Positions 1 through 7,939 of a stretch of 38,838 nucleotides of DNA are shown here, piece after piece. The position numbers and the translations under genes are program-made. How positions within the stretch are numbered: position 1 is the first letter of the stretch; each line of letters begins with the position of its first letter. This DNA comes from a virus (Duplodnaviria > Caudoviricetes): the IMG/VR virus record IMGVR_UViG_3300033076_000885, positions 1 through 38,838 of that record; one strand, 5' to 3'. The notes below the pieces were generated by a model. That model worked only from the letters and a program-made list of their open reading frames with translations. It was not told where the DNA came from and ran no database searches.

Positions 1-381
1 GGCAAGGCCAATGTCTCCGTAACGGGCGTTTCAGCGACCGGTGAGATCGGCACTGTAGACATCCTGCTGAGCATCAATGTTGATGTATCCGGGGTGGAGG
101 CTACCACCAGCCTTGGCTTTGTCACTGTCGTAACCAAGGCCAATGTTTACCCGACCGGCGTAGAGGCCGTTGGCTATATCGGGAATGTGCTGGTTTGGGG
201 TATAATTGTACCAGATCAGAACCCCGATTGGCTTGGCATCGACGATGCCCAATCCCCCGGATGGGAGGCTATAAATGACAGCCAGACTCCGGGGTGGATA
301 CCGGTGAGCAACACCCAGACGCCCGGTTGGAACCCAGTTGATGACTCCCAGACACCTGTCTGGACTGAAATAGCAGCATAG
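1..381 (+). CDS. Phage virion/tail-associated protein, C-terminal part (5' truncated)
   Basis: Frame 1 is open from base 1 to TAG at 379-381. Gly/Val/Thr-rich 'VSATGEIGTV'-type repeats, then Q(T/S/N)PxW repeats. Lies directly upstream of the tail fibre. Confidence 0.7.
   Translation, partial: GKANVSVTGVSATGEIGTVDILLSINVDVSGVEATTSLGFVTVVTKANVYPTGVEAVGYIGNVLVWGIIVPDQNPDWLGIDDAQSPGWEAINDSQTPGWIPVSNTQTPGWNPVDDSQTPVWTEIAA
213..372 (+). repeat. Five imperfect 33-bp (11-aa) coding repeats, xxQ(T/S/N)PxW
   Basis: DQNPDW, AQSPGW, SQTPGW, TQTPGW and SQTPVW recur at 11-aa spacing. Confidence 0.8.
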
Positions 382-388
382 GCAAAAC

Positions 389-2170
389 ATGGCTAATTCC
401 TACACCAATACCCTCCGCCTTATTGAGATGGGCAACGGCGACCAGTCCGGTACTTGGGGCGCCACGACCAATCAGAATCTTGCCACCCTCCTTTGTCAGG
501 CAATCACAGGGGTGACTACGGTCACACTCTCATCCACAGCCAAAACTCTCACCACATATGATGGTGTTTCCGACGAGTCTAGAAACGCCGTCATCAAGCT
601 TGATGGCACTCCCGGCGGTGCTGCTACCGTCAAGGTGCCTAATAGCTCAAAAGTTTATATATTCTATAACGCAACTTCGGGTGGAAACTCGGTAACAATT
701 GAGAATGCAACTGCCGGAACTGGCAAGGTTACCATTCCCAATGGTGCCACGATGCTCGTCTACACGGACGGGGCAAATGTGTTTGAGGGTATTACAGCCG
801 CGAATGGCGGCGAAATTGTTACAACAACAGGTACACAAACACTCACCAACAAGACACTGACTGCGCCAAAGTTTGCAGACGGTGGTTTCATTGCCGATCC
901 AAATGGCAATGAAATTCTTGTCTTTGATTCGATCGCTTCGGCAGTAAATGAAATCACAGTTGGTAACGCTGCGTCTTCGACCCCGACTGCCACAATCACC
1001 ATCGCATCCCCCTGCGTAGTTACCGTGTCTGCGACACCAGCCAATGGGACGCCACTCACATTCACAACCACAGGCGCACTGCCGACTGGGCTTTCAATCA
1101 ACACCACATATTATGTCAAGTATATTGACTCAACGACATTTAATGTCTCCGCGACACCCGGCGGCGCGTCAATTAACACCAGCGGCTCTCAAAGCGGAAC
1201 TCATACTGCAAACTTTGTTGGTATGCCCATCATCTCGACTAGCGGCACGGGTACAGATATATCCCTGAACCTGACTCCAAAGGGAGCCGGAACTGTTCAG
1301 GTTAATGGCGTAGCCGTCACCACAGTCTCTGGCGCACAGACACTTTCTGATAAAACCTTGGCGGCTCCAAAGTTTGCCGATCTTGGATATATTGCAGACG
1401 CAAATGGAAATGAATTGATTGTCATGGACACAGTTACGTCCGCAGTCAATGAGATTACAGTGGCAAATGCTGCGTCCCCCTCTCTCACGGCAACAATGAC
1501 CATTGCGTCACCCTGCGTGGTTACTGTATCCGCGACACCGGCCAATGGTACGCCCGTATCGTTCTCGACAACCGGTAGCCTCCCAACGGGAATTTCCGCA
1601 GGGACAACATACTACGTTAAGTATGTAAACTCTACTACATTCAACATTTCCGCGACTCCGGGTGGGAGTTCCATCAACACAAGCGGGACTCAGAGCGGGA
1701 CTCATACTGCCAATTTCGTTGGGATGCCAAGCATCTCAACAAGCGGCACCGATACGAATGTTTCCCTCAATCTTACGCCGAAGGGTTCTGGAACCGTTCA
1801 AGTAAATGGCGTTCAGGTTGCCACCATTGCTGATATCCCAAGCGGAAGCACCAGCACACAAAGCACACAAACTGGGTCATATACGCTTGTTTTGACGGAT
1901 GCCGGTAAAACAGTTACGATGGACAGCAGTTCAGCAAACACGCTGACAGTCCCGACAAACGCATCCGTTGCCTTCCCAACAGGAACTCGAATTGACGTTC
2001 TTCAGCTTGGCGCGGGACAGACATCCATTGTCGGTGATACTGGCGTCAACGTATACAAGTACAATATCGCTGTCGGAACTACCGCGAAGATAGCCGGTCA
2101 GTATGCTGCCGCAACCCTGTGGAAACAGGGGACAAACACTTGGTACCTCGTCGGGAATCTGACTACATGA
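389..2170 (+). CDS. Tail fibre / receptor-binding protein with internal duplication
   Basis: N-terminus MANSYTNTLRL..GDQSGTWGATTN is typical of podophage tail fibres. TQTLTNKTL motif, Thr/Ser/Gly-rich, C-terminal YTLVLTDAGK..TLTVP..FPTGT..W domain. Confidence 0.85.
   Translation: MANSYTNTLRLIEMGNGDQSGTWGATTNQNLATLLCQAITGVTTVTLSSTAKTLTTYDGVSDESRNAVIKLDGTPGGAATVKVPNSSKVYIFYNATSGGNSVTIENATAGTGKVTIPNGATMLVYTDGANVFEGITAANGGEIVTTTGTQTLTNKTLTAPKFADGGFIADPNGNEILVFDSIASAVNEITVGNAASSTPTATITIASPCVVTVSATPANGTPLTFTTTGALPTGLSINTTYYVKYIDSTTFNVSATPGGASINTSGSQSGTHTANFVGMPIISTSGTGTDISLNLTPKGAGTVQVNGVAVTTVSGAQTLSDKTLAAPKFADLGYIADANGNELIVMDTVTSAVNEITVANAASPSLTATMTIASPCVVTVSATPANGTPVSFSTTGSLPTGISAGTTYYVKYVNSTTFNISATPGGSSINTSGTQSGTHTANFVGMPSISTSGTDTNVSLNLTPKGSGTVQVNGVQVATIADIPSGSTSTQSTQTGSYTLVLTDAGKTVTMDSSSANTLTVPTNASVAFPTGTRIDVLQLGAGQTSIVGDTGVNVYKYNIAVGTTAKIAGQYAAATLWKQGTNTWYLVGNLTT
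815..1820 (+). repeat. Tandem 501-bp (167-aa) duplication inside the tail fibre
   Basis: ccaaagtttgc occurs at 866 and 1367. Both copies encode APKFAD..TIASPCVVTVSATPANGTP..SLNLTPKGxGTVQVNGV. Confidence 0.9.
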
Positions 2171-2838
2171 GTAACTATGGACTTGGCTTTTTGTCTGCTA
2201 CTGCGCCGTGGGACGGCTCTGCGGCTACAAGTATTTCCTTCACGGATACAGCGTCCAATACAACAAATACAGACGCCTACACATTTACGGGTCAGTCTAT
2301 AGGCTCCGCTGCATCGAATAGGATTGTCGTTGTAAGCGTATATCTTATCGGCGTGAGCAGCACAAAGACTGTCACAATAGGAGGCATTGCGGCCACGGAG
2401 GCAGTAACAAATTATTATTCGACTCCAAACACTTTCCTCGGAATATATTATGCGGCAGTGCCCACAGGCACTACAGCCACGGTTTTTGTTGAGTCTTCTG
2501 GTAAGGCCAACCGGTGCGCGATTTCTGTGTACAGGCTGATTCCAAGCTATTCTTCTTCGGCGCTGTATACAGTCTCCACAACGGCAATTGGAGATGCAAG
2601 TCTAAATGAGATAACTGGTGGTTCGTCTGTGTACGCTTATGTTAGGGACAGCAGCAATTCTTATACCATATCTCGCAACTCATCAACTCTCACCCCTGAT
2701 GTTAGCAGCGTATTTGGAGGGTCCAAGCTTGTAAAGTTTGGCAACTTCCCAGTTACCGGGAACCCAAACGCGCAAAACAATTCTACATATTCCAGCAGCA
2801 CAGCGGATGTTGGGATTGTCGTTGCCCACTGGAGATAA
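2167..2838 (+). CDS. Tail-fibre-associated beta-rich protein
   Basis: ATGA overlap with the tail fibre stop. Ser/Thr-rich, predicted beta-strand sequence. Confidence 0.65.
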   Translation: MSNYGLGFLSATAPWDGSAATSISFTDTASNTTNTDAYTFTGQSIGSAASNRIVVVSVYLIGVSSTKTVTIGGIAATEAVTNYYSTPNTFLGIYYAAVPTGTTATVFVESSGKANRCAISVYRLIPSYSSSALYTVSTTAIGDASLNEITGGSSVYAYVRDSSNSYTISRNSSTLTPDVSSVFGGSKLVKFGNFPVTGNPNAQNNSTYSSSTADVGIVVAHWR

Positions 2839-2839
2839 T

Positions 2840-3199
2840 ATGATTGACGAACTCATCCATCGCGCATTTTGCGCCCGTAACGCAGCCCACTTGGCTCATT
2901 GGAGGACTAAAAGTTTTGCTCAACACATGGCGCTTGGTTCTTTCTATGACGACATCGTGGACGCGACCGATAAGCTTGTCGAGGCTTACATGGGCGCATC
3001 TGGCAAGGTCGTCGAGGACATTGAAATCCCAGCCCTGAAACCGGTGAAGAACATCCTTACTTATCTCAGTGAGGAAGCGAACTGGCTTGAGGAGAATCGC
3101 AATGAAATCTGTGGCGGGGTTTCTGCCTTGGAAAACATTGTTGACGAGATTACCGGCATTTATCTTTCCACAATGTATAAACTGAAGCAGCTTTCGTAA
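2840..3199 (+). CDS. Ferritin/Dps-like four-helix protein (DUF5856-like)
   Basis: GGAG RBS. Motif HLAHWRTKSFAQHMALGSFYD..D.LVE..G and terminal ENIVDEI..STMYKL. Confidence 0.75.
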   Translation: MIDELIHRAFCARNAAHLAHWRTKSFAQHMALGSFYDDIVDATDKLVEAYMGASGKVVEDIEIPALKPVKNILTYLSEEANWLEENRNEICGGVSALENIVDEITGIYLSTMYKLKQLS

Positions 3200-5493
3200 T
3201 GACCGTTGCCAAGCTCAAAATAGCTCCGGGTTATGTCTGGGACTCCACGTTCTACTCAAATACTGGCGGGTGGTACGATGGAGATAAAGTCCGTTTCAGG
3301 AACGGGTTCCCAGAAAAAATCGGCGGGTGGACAAAGTACACGACAGAGGCTTATCTCGGGTCGTGCCGAAATCTGTTCTGCTGGGCGGCGCTCGATGGTA
3401 CCGTTTACACTGGTATGGGTACCAATATTAAGTATTACCTTTCTGGCGGCTCCATTAACGGCCTACAAGACATAACTCCAATTGTATGGACAACAACAAA
3501 ACTTCCTGACGGTTCTGTCGGTGCGGCTGCCCTTACGACAACAAGCGGAAGTACATCCGTAATTGTTTATGATGCGACATACTCGCCGGTGGTCGGGCAG
3601 TATGTTATTATCAGCGGAGCAACTGGGCCCGTAAATAATATCCCAGCAAGTGAGATAAATGCAGAGCATGTAATCACAAGCATCATTGACACCTCTCACT
3701 ACACGATCTCAGTATCGACAGCAGCAAATGCTACAGGTTCTGGCGGCGGGTCAAATGTTAAGGCTGAGTATGAGCTTCAACCGGGCCTGAACGATGTGTC
3801 GTTGAATACGGGCTGGGGCGTTGGGCCTTGGGGTGGCGCCGTTTCTCCCGTTAAATCGACCACACTCAGCGGGGCAATTGCGACATCCTCCAGTTCCGCG
3901 ACAATTACAATCACTTGGACCGGGCATGGTATACCCTCTCCAATCCCCACGACAGCGGGTTCCCCAACATACTGGATTTCCATTTCCGGCGTCACTGGGA
4001 GCGGCACTCCGCCCACGATTGGCGGCATTCCAATCCAGTTTATAAATTCAACATTTCAGGTTGTTTCAGCGCCGACAGCAGATACGCTCACAGTCACAAC
4101 AACGGCTGGTAATGCGTCTCCTGCATTGAGCATCTCTGCCGTTAGCGGTCAGGGCGGATCAAACATATCTGCCGCCTATTGGTCTTCTGCATCAGCAACT
4201 GGATGGGGTGACCCCAATAATGGGCTCGGCGCCAGTGACCAGTTGCGCCTTTGGACATCTGACAACTATGGCGAAAGGCTGATTGCCTGTGTCCGTAACG
4301 GCGGCATTTATGAATGGTCACCGGATTATGCTGAAGGAAGGATGATCAACATCGCCGACGATCCGGTTGCGACCGTTGTTGATGCTCCTGTTGTTGCCAC
4401 TCAAATCATGATGTCTGACATTGGTCAGCACCTTATTGCATTTGGAGCAAATGTTTGGGGTGCCACTCCGGCTGTTCAGGACACAATGAATGTTCGCTGG
4501 TCTGATAGCGAAGACATTTACAACTGGGACGAGGCAGACACCACGAAACTTGCGGGTTCTGTTCGCCTTGGCGTTGGGTCTTTCATCTCAACAGCAGCCC
4601 AGACAAAAGATGAAATTTTGATTTGGACAGACGCCGCGCTTTATTCCATGAAGCCAAGCGGCGACACAAATGTGTTCAACTTCTCCCTTCTGGCGACGAA
4701 TACAAATATTGTCGGCCCGAACTCTGTTGTTATTGCGAACAATACGGCCTTCTGGATGGGCCTCAACAACTTCTATTACTATGATGGCGCCGTATATACG
4801 CTGCCATCCACAGTGCGTGATAAGGTTTTCCTGAGTCTTAACCTTGAGCAATCCTATAAGGTGTTCGCCGGTAAGAACTCGGAGTTTAATGAGGTTACTT
4901 GGTTCTACCCATCCAGCACACTTGTTGATGACGGAAATGGGAACTTGGTGAAAAACACTGAGAATGACTCTTATGTGACGTTTAACTATGTAGACAAGAT
5001 TTGGTACTTCGGAACGATTGCTCGTACAGCTTGGCTTGATGCCGAGTTCAATAATCACCCCCTTGGTGCGACACCAAACGCCGATGGCTATGTTTACGAG
5101 CATGAGGTTGGTGACAACGACGGATCGACTCCGGGCGGGGCACCAATCAATGCGTGGATTCTTTCCAGCCCCGTTGAAATCGAGGATGGGGAGAACTTCT
5201 CTTTTGTTCGCCGTATCATCCCAGACATCACCTTCCGCAATTCTGATCCAACCAAGACCGTTGCGTTCACCATTTACCCACAGAATTACCCCGGCGCCGA
5301 AATTGGTTCTATGGACTCCAACAATGTGAACCTGACCGCTGGTCAGACATACGATTTGGACGTGTATACAAATCAGGTGTTTACACGGTTGCGTGGTCGT
5401 TCTGTTATACTTAGGGTGGAAAGCGACCAGCAGAACATTGCTTGGCGCCTTGGTACACCACGCCTTGAGATTGTTCAGGATGGTCGCAGATGA
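3199..5493 (+). CDS. Tail nozzle / packaged-DNA stabilisation protein
   Basis: GGWYDGDKVRFRNGFPEKIGGW N-terminus, VRWSD, EILIWTD, F.YDG.V..LP, WFYPS and WRLGTPRLEIVQDGRR motifs; position in the tail module. Confidence 0.75.
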   Translation: MTVAKLKIAPGYVWDSTFYSNTGGWYDGDKVRFRNGFPEKIGGWTKYTTEAYLGSCRNLFCWAALDGTVYTGMGTNIKYYLSGGSINGLQDITPIVWTTTKLPDGSVGAAALTTTSGSTSVIVYDATYSPVVGQYVIISGATGPVNNIPASEINAEHVITSIIDTSHYTISVSTAANATGSGGGSNVKAEYELQPGLNDVSLNTGWGVGPWGGAVSPVKSTTLSGAIATSSSSATITITWTGHGIPSPIPTTAGSPTYWISISGVTGSGTPPTIGGIPIQFINSTFQVVSAPTADTLTVTTTAGNASPALSISAVSGQGGSNISAAYWSSASATGWGDPNNGLGASDQLRLWTSDNYGERLIACVRNGGIYEWSPDYAEGRMINIADDPVATVVDAPVVATQIMMSDIGQHLIAFGANVWGATPAVQDTMNVRWSDSEDIYNWDEADTTKLAGSVRLGVGSFISTAAQTKDEILIWTDAALYSMKPSGDTNVFNFSLLATNTNIVGPNSVVIANNTAFWMGLNNFYYYDGAVYTLPSTVRDKVFLSLNLEQSYKVFAGKNSEFNEVTWFYPSSTLVDDGNGNLVKNTENDSYVTFNYVDKIWYFGTIARTAWLDAEFNNHPLGATPNADGYVYEHEVGDNDGSTPGGAPINAWILSSPVEIEDGENFSFVRRIIPDITFRNSDPTKTVAFTIYPQNYPGAEIGSMDSNNVNLTAGQTYDLDVYTNQVFTRLRGRSVILRVESDQQNIAWRLGTPRLEIVQDGRR

Positions 5494-5753
5494 GTATTAC
5501 GCGCCCCACTAGGCCGAGCCTTCCGCTCCCGCCGCAGGAGTATGAGCAGTCTTATATGTCTCGCCTTGTGCGGACGATTGAGACGGCGTTTTCTGTTATC
5601 ACCAATGTTGGTCAGCTTCAGGGGTCTGGTGACCCGACTGCCAATGCGAAGCAGCCATCCCCACTAAACCTCAAGAACATTCCCACATCAGCCACGGGGC
5701 TAAACTCTGGTGATGTATGGTCTGACGCTGGAACACTTAAGATTGTGAGCTAA
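5490..5753 (+). CDS. Small phage virion protein
   Basis: ATGA coupling. LPLPPQEY N-terminus and PTSATGL.SGDVW.D.GTLKIV C-terminus. Confidence 0.7.
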   Translation: MSITRPTRPSLPLPPQEYEQSYMSRLVRTIETAFSVITNVGQLQGSGDPTANAKQPSPLNLKNIPTSATGLNSGDVWSDAGTLKIVS

Positions 5754-5754
5754 A

Positions 5755-6558
5755 ATGTTTGGATTTCTCGCGCCTATGATCTCTGGTATCGGCTCCCTTT
5801 TTGGCGCCGCCGCCCCCGCCGCTGCCGCCTCTGCGGCCCCTACCGGTCTTAGCTCCCTCATGACCGGGGCTGGGATGGCCAAGTTCATGACCAATGCCGG
5901 TAAATCAATGATGTCTCAGGGGATGCAACAGCAGCCCGGCATCCAGCCACCCCCAATTACTCAGAGCCGGTACAACCCGCCCGGCACCAAGTCTGCCGTG
6001 GCCCCAATGCAGTCCTCTACCCCGGACACATATAACGCCTCGATCAATGGTATCGGCTCCCTGCCCACTCTGGGCATGGCTGATGGCGGTGAGACATCTG
6101 GCGACACAGACCGCAATATCCGCGTTGAGGCCATTATGGCGCTCCGTGGTCAGCACCCTGCACCGCAGGAGGCTCTTCTCCGGTTCGCCCGTAGGTATGG
6201 CCCAGAGGCCACCCGGATGCTGGTTCGTGAGTTCAGCGAGGGTGGGGTGCCAGACCCAAATGAGGGGGCCATGATGGCTTCTGGTGGGCGTCCGCCGTCC
6301 GACAATCCCGGCATGATTCGTGGGCCGGGGGGTGGCGTGGATGACCTAATTGGTGGTAAAATTGAGGGTAGGCAAGATGTGTACCTTTCCGATGGCGAAT
6401 TTGTCGTTCCCGCTCGTGTTGTTTCTGCCCTTGGCGATGGCTCCTCTGAGCAGGGCGCAAGGGTTCTCCATGAGATGGTGGATCGGGTGAAGGATCAGGG
6501 TGCGAAGCGGATGCACGACAACGGTCGGCTTAATAAAGAGAAAATTCTTCCTGCGTGA
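5755..6558 (+). CDS. Putative internal virion/ejection protein
   Basis: Hydrophobic Gly/Ala N-terminus. C-terminal GPG.G.DD.I..LSDGEFVVPA.VV..LGDGSS..GA motif. Three hydrophobic-(A/S)-x-GG motifs. Confidence 0.65.
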   Translation: MFGFLAPMISGIGSLFGAAAPAAAASAAPTGLSSLMTGAGMAKFMTNAGKSMMSQGMQQQPGIQPPPITQSRYNPPGTKSAVAPMQSSTPDTYNASINGIGSLPTLGMADGGETSGDTDRNIRVEAIMALRGQHPAPQEALLRFARRYGPEATRMLVREFSEGGVPDPNEGAMMASGGRPPSDNPGMIRGPGGGVDDLIGGKIEGRQDVYLSDGEFVVPARVVSALGDGSSEQGARVLHEMVDRVKDQGAKRMHDNGRLNKEKILPA

Positions 6559-6971
6559 TTAGCATTCGAGTTGTTCCCCCAGAGCGGGTTTATGAGCTTT
6601 GGGACCTTACCGAGCCGTTTATCTCTAAGTCATTTGGACTTAACCCGTACCCGATAGACCCTCTGGCCATATTGGCTGATATCCTCCATAGGGAAAAACA
6701 GCTTTGGGTCGTCTATGATGAAGCCGGTCATCTTATCGGCGCCTTCACAACCTCTATAACCGATCAATATGGAAATACGGTTGGGACGGTGGAGCATCTG
6801 GGCGGGGTCCGATTTGATGAATGGGCCACTCAAATGCTCTTGCAGCTTGAGGCATGGGCCAAAGACATTGGCGTCAAATACCTTCAATCTCCGGGCCGAC
6901 GCGGCTGGGAAAAATACACCAAACCTCTCGGATATAATTCCGACATAGTTCTCTTCAAAAAGGAAATTTAA
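6555..6971 (+). CDS. GNAT-like phage protein
   Basis: GTG start overlapping the upstream stop. QLWVV..GAFTT..LGG..W..LE.WAK..G....GRRGW pattern; usual position before DNA pilot genes. Confidence 0.65.
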   Translation: MISIRVVPPERVYELWDLTEPFISKSFGLNPYPIDPLAILADILHREKQLWVVYDEAGHLIGAFTTSITDQYGNTVGTVEHLGGVRFDEWATQMLLQLEAWAKDIGVKYLQSPGRRGWEKYTKPLGYNSDIVLFKKEI

Positions 6972-6972
6972 T

Positions 6973-7920
6973 ATGGGCGGCGGCGGCGGTAGCACAAAAA
7001 CCACGACAACCATTGATCCATTTCTCAAGCCTTACGTCAAGGATGTCCTTGAACAGGCTAAGAAAATCTATAACCAGCCTATGGCGCCGCAGACCGACCC
7101 GACCAAGCTTATTGCAAAGCCGGGCGAGACGATGCAGCAGTACAAGCAGGGTGCATCAAACATCACTGCCGGTACCGATACACTGGGTAAGGCCCAAGCC
7201 GGTATTGAAAAGACCGCCGCTGGTGTTGCTGCCCTTCCTGCATATGAGGGCGCCAAGTTTGATCCTCGCGTTTTGACACCCGCCCAAATCCGCGAATACA
7301 TGAACCCCTACCAGCAGCAGGTCATTGATACTGCTATGGCTGACGAGGCCCTTCGTGCCGGTCAGGAACGTGCTGGTCTCACCGCTCGTCAGGCAAACAT
7401 TCGCTCCCTTGGTGGCTCTCGCGGTTCCGTTGAGTCTGCCATCCTTCAGGACAGTCAGGCCCGTCGCGCGGCCACACTTGAGGCGGAACTCCTCAACAAG
7501 GGCTATGATGCTGCCTCCGCTCTCGCTCTCTCTCAGCAGAAGGCACAGGCTGAAGCCGACGCTCAGACAGAAGCCTCTCGCCAGTATGCTGAGGGCGCCA
7601 ATATGGACCGCAGTAAGTTCGGTCTTCAGGCCGCTCAGCAACTTTCTGATGCAGCCGCCCGTGAACGCGACATGGAAATCCAGCGCCTTCAGGGCCTCAA
7701 GGATGTCGGTGTCATGGATCAGGCTCTTGAGCAGCGCCTCCTTGATCTTCAGGAAGCCCAGAAGCAGTACGCCGAAAACTACCAGAAGCTTCAGCTTTCC
7801 GATCTCGCCGCTATGGTTTACGGCGCCCCAGCCGGTTCGCAGACAACGCAGTCTGGCGGCGGTCAGTCCTTTGGTACATCCCTTATGGGTGCCGCCCTCT
7901 ACGGTCTCGGCTCTCTCTAA
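6973..7920 (+). CDS. Putative DNA pilot / ejection protein
   Basis: MGGGGGSTKTTT start, YMNPYQQQVID and LGGSR motifs, Ala/Gln coiled coil, hydrophobic Gly-rich C-terminus. Confidence 0.7.
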   Translation: MGGGGGSTKTTTTIDPFLKPYVKDVLEQAKKIYNQPMAPQTDPTKLIAKPGETMQQYKQGASNITAGTDTLGKAQAGIEKTAAGVAALPAYEGAKFDPRVLTPAQIREYMNPYQQQVIDTAMADEALRAGQERAGLTARQANIRSLGGSRGSVESAILQDSQARRAATLEAELLNKGYDAASALALSQQKAQAEADAQTEASRQYAEGANMDRSKFGLQAAQQLSDAAARERDMEIQRLQGLKDVGVMDQALEQRLLDLQEAQKQYAENYQKLQLSDLAAMVYGAPAGSQTTQSGGGQSFGTSLMGAALYGLGSL

Positions 7921-7939
7921 TTAACTTAAGGTTTTAACG

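Noticed and set aside
389-2838. Tail fibre duplication as a diversity-generating retroelement template/variable pair
   Set aside because: Both copies are in frame in one gene, the differences are not adenine-specific, and no reverse transcriptase is present in the window.
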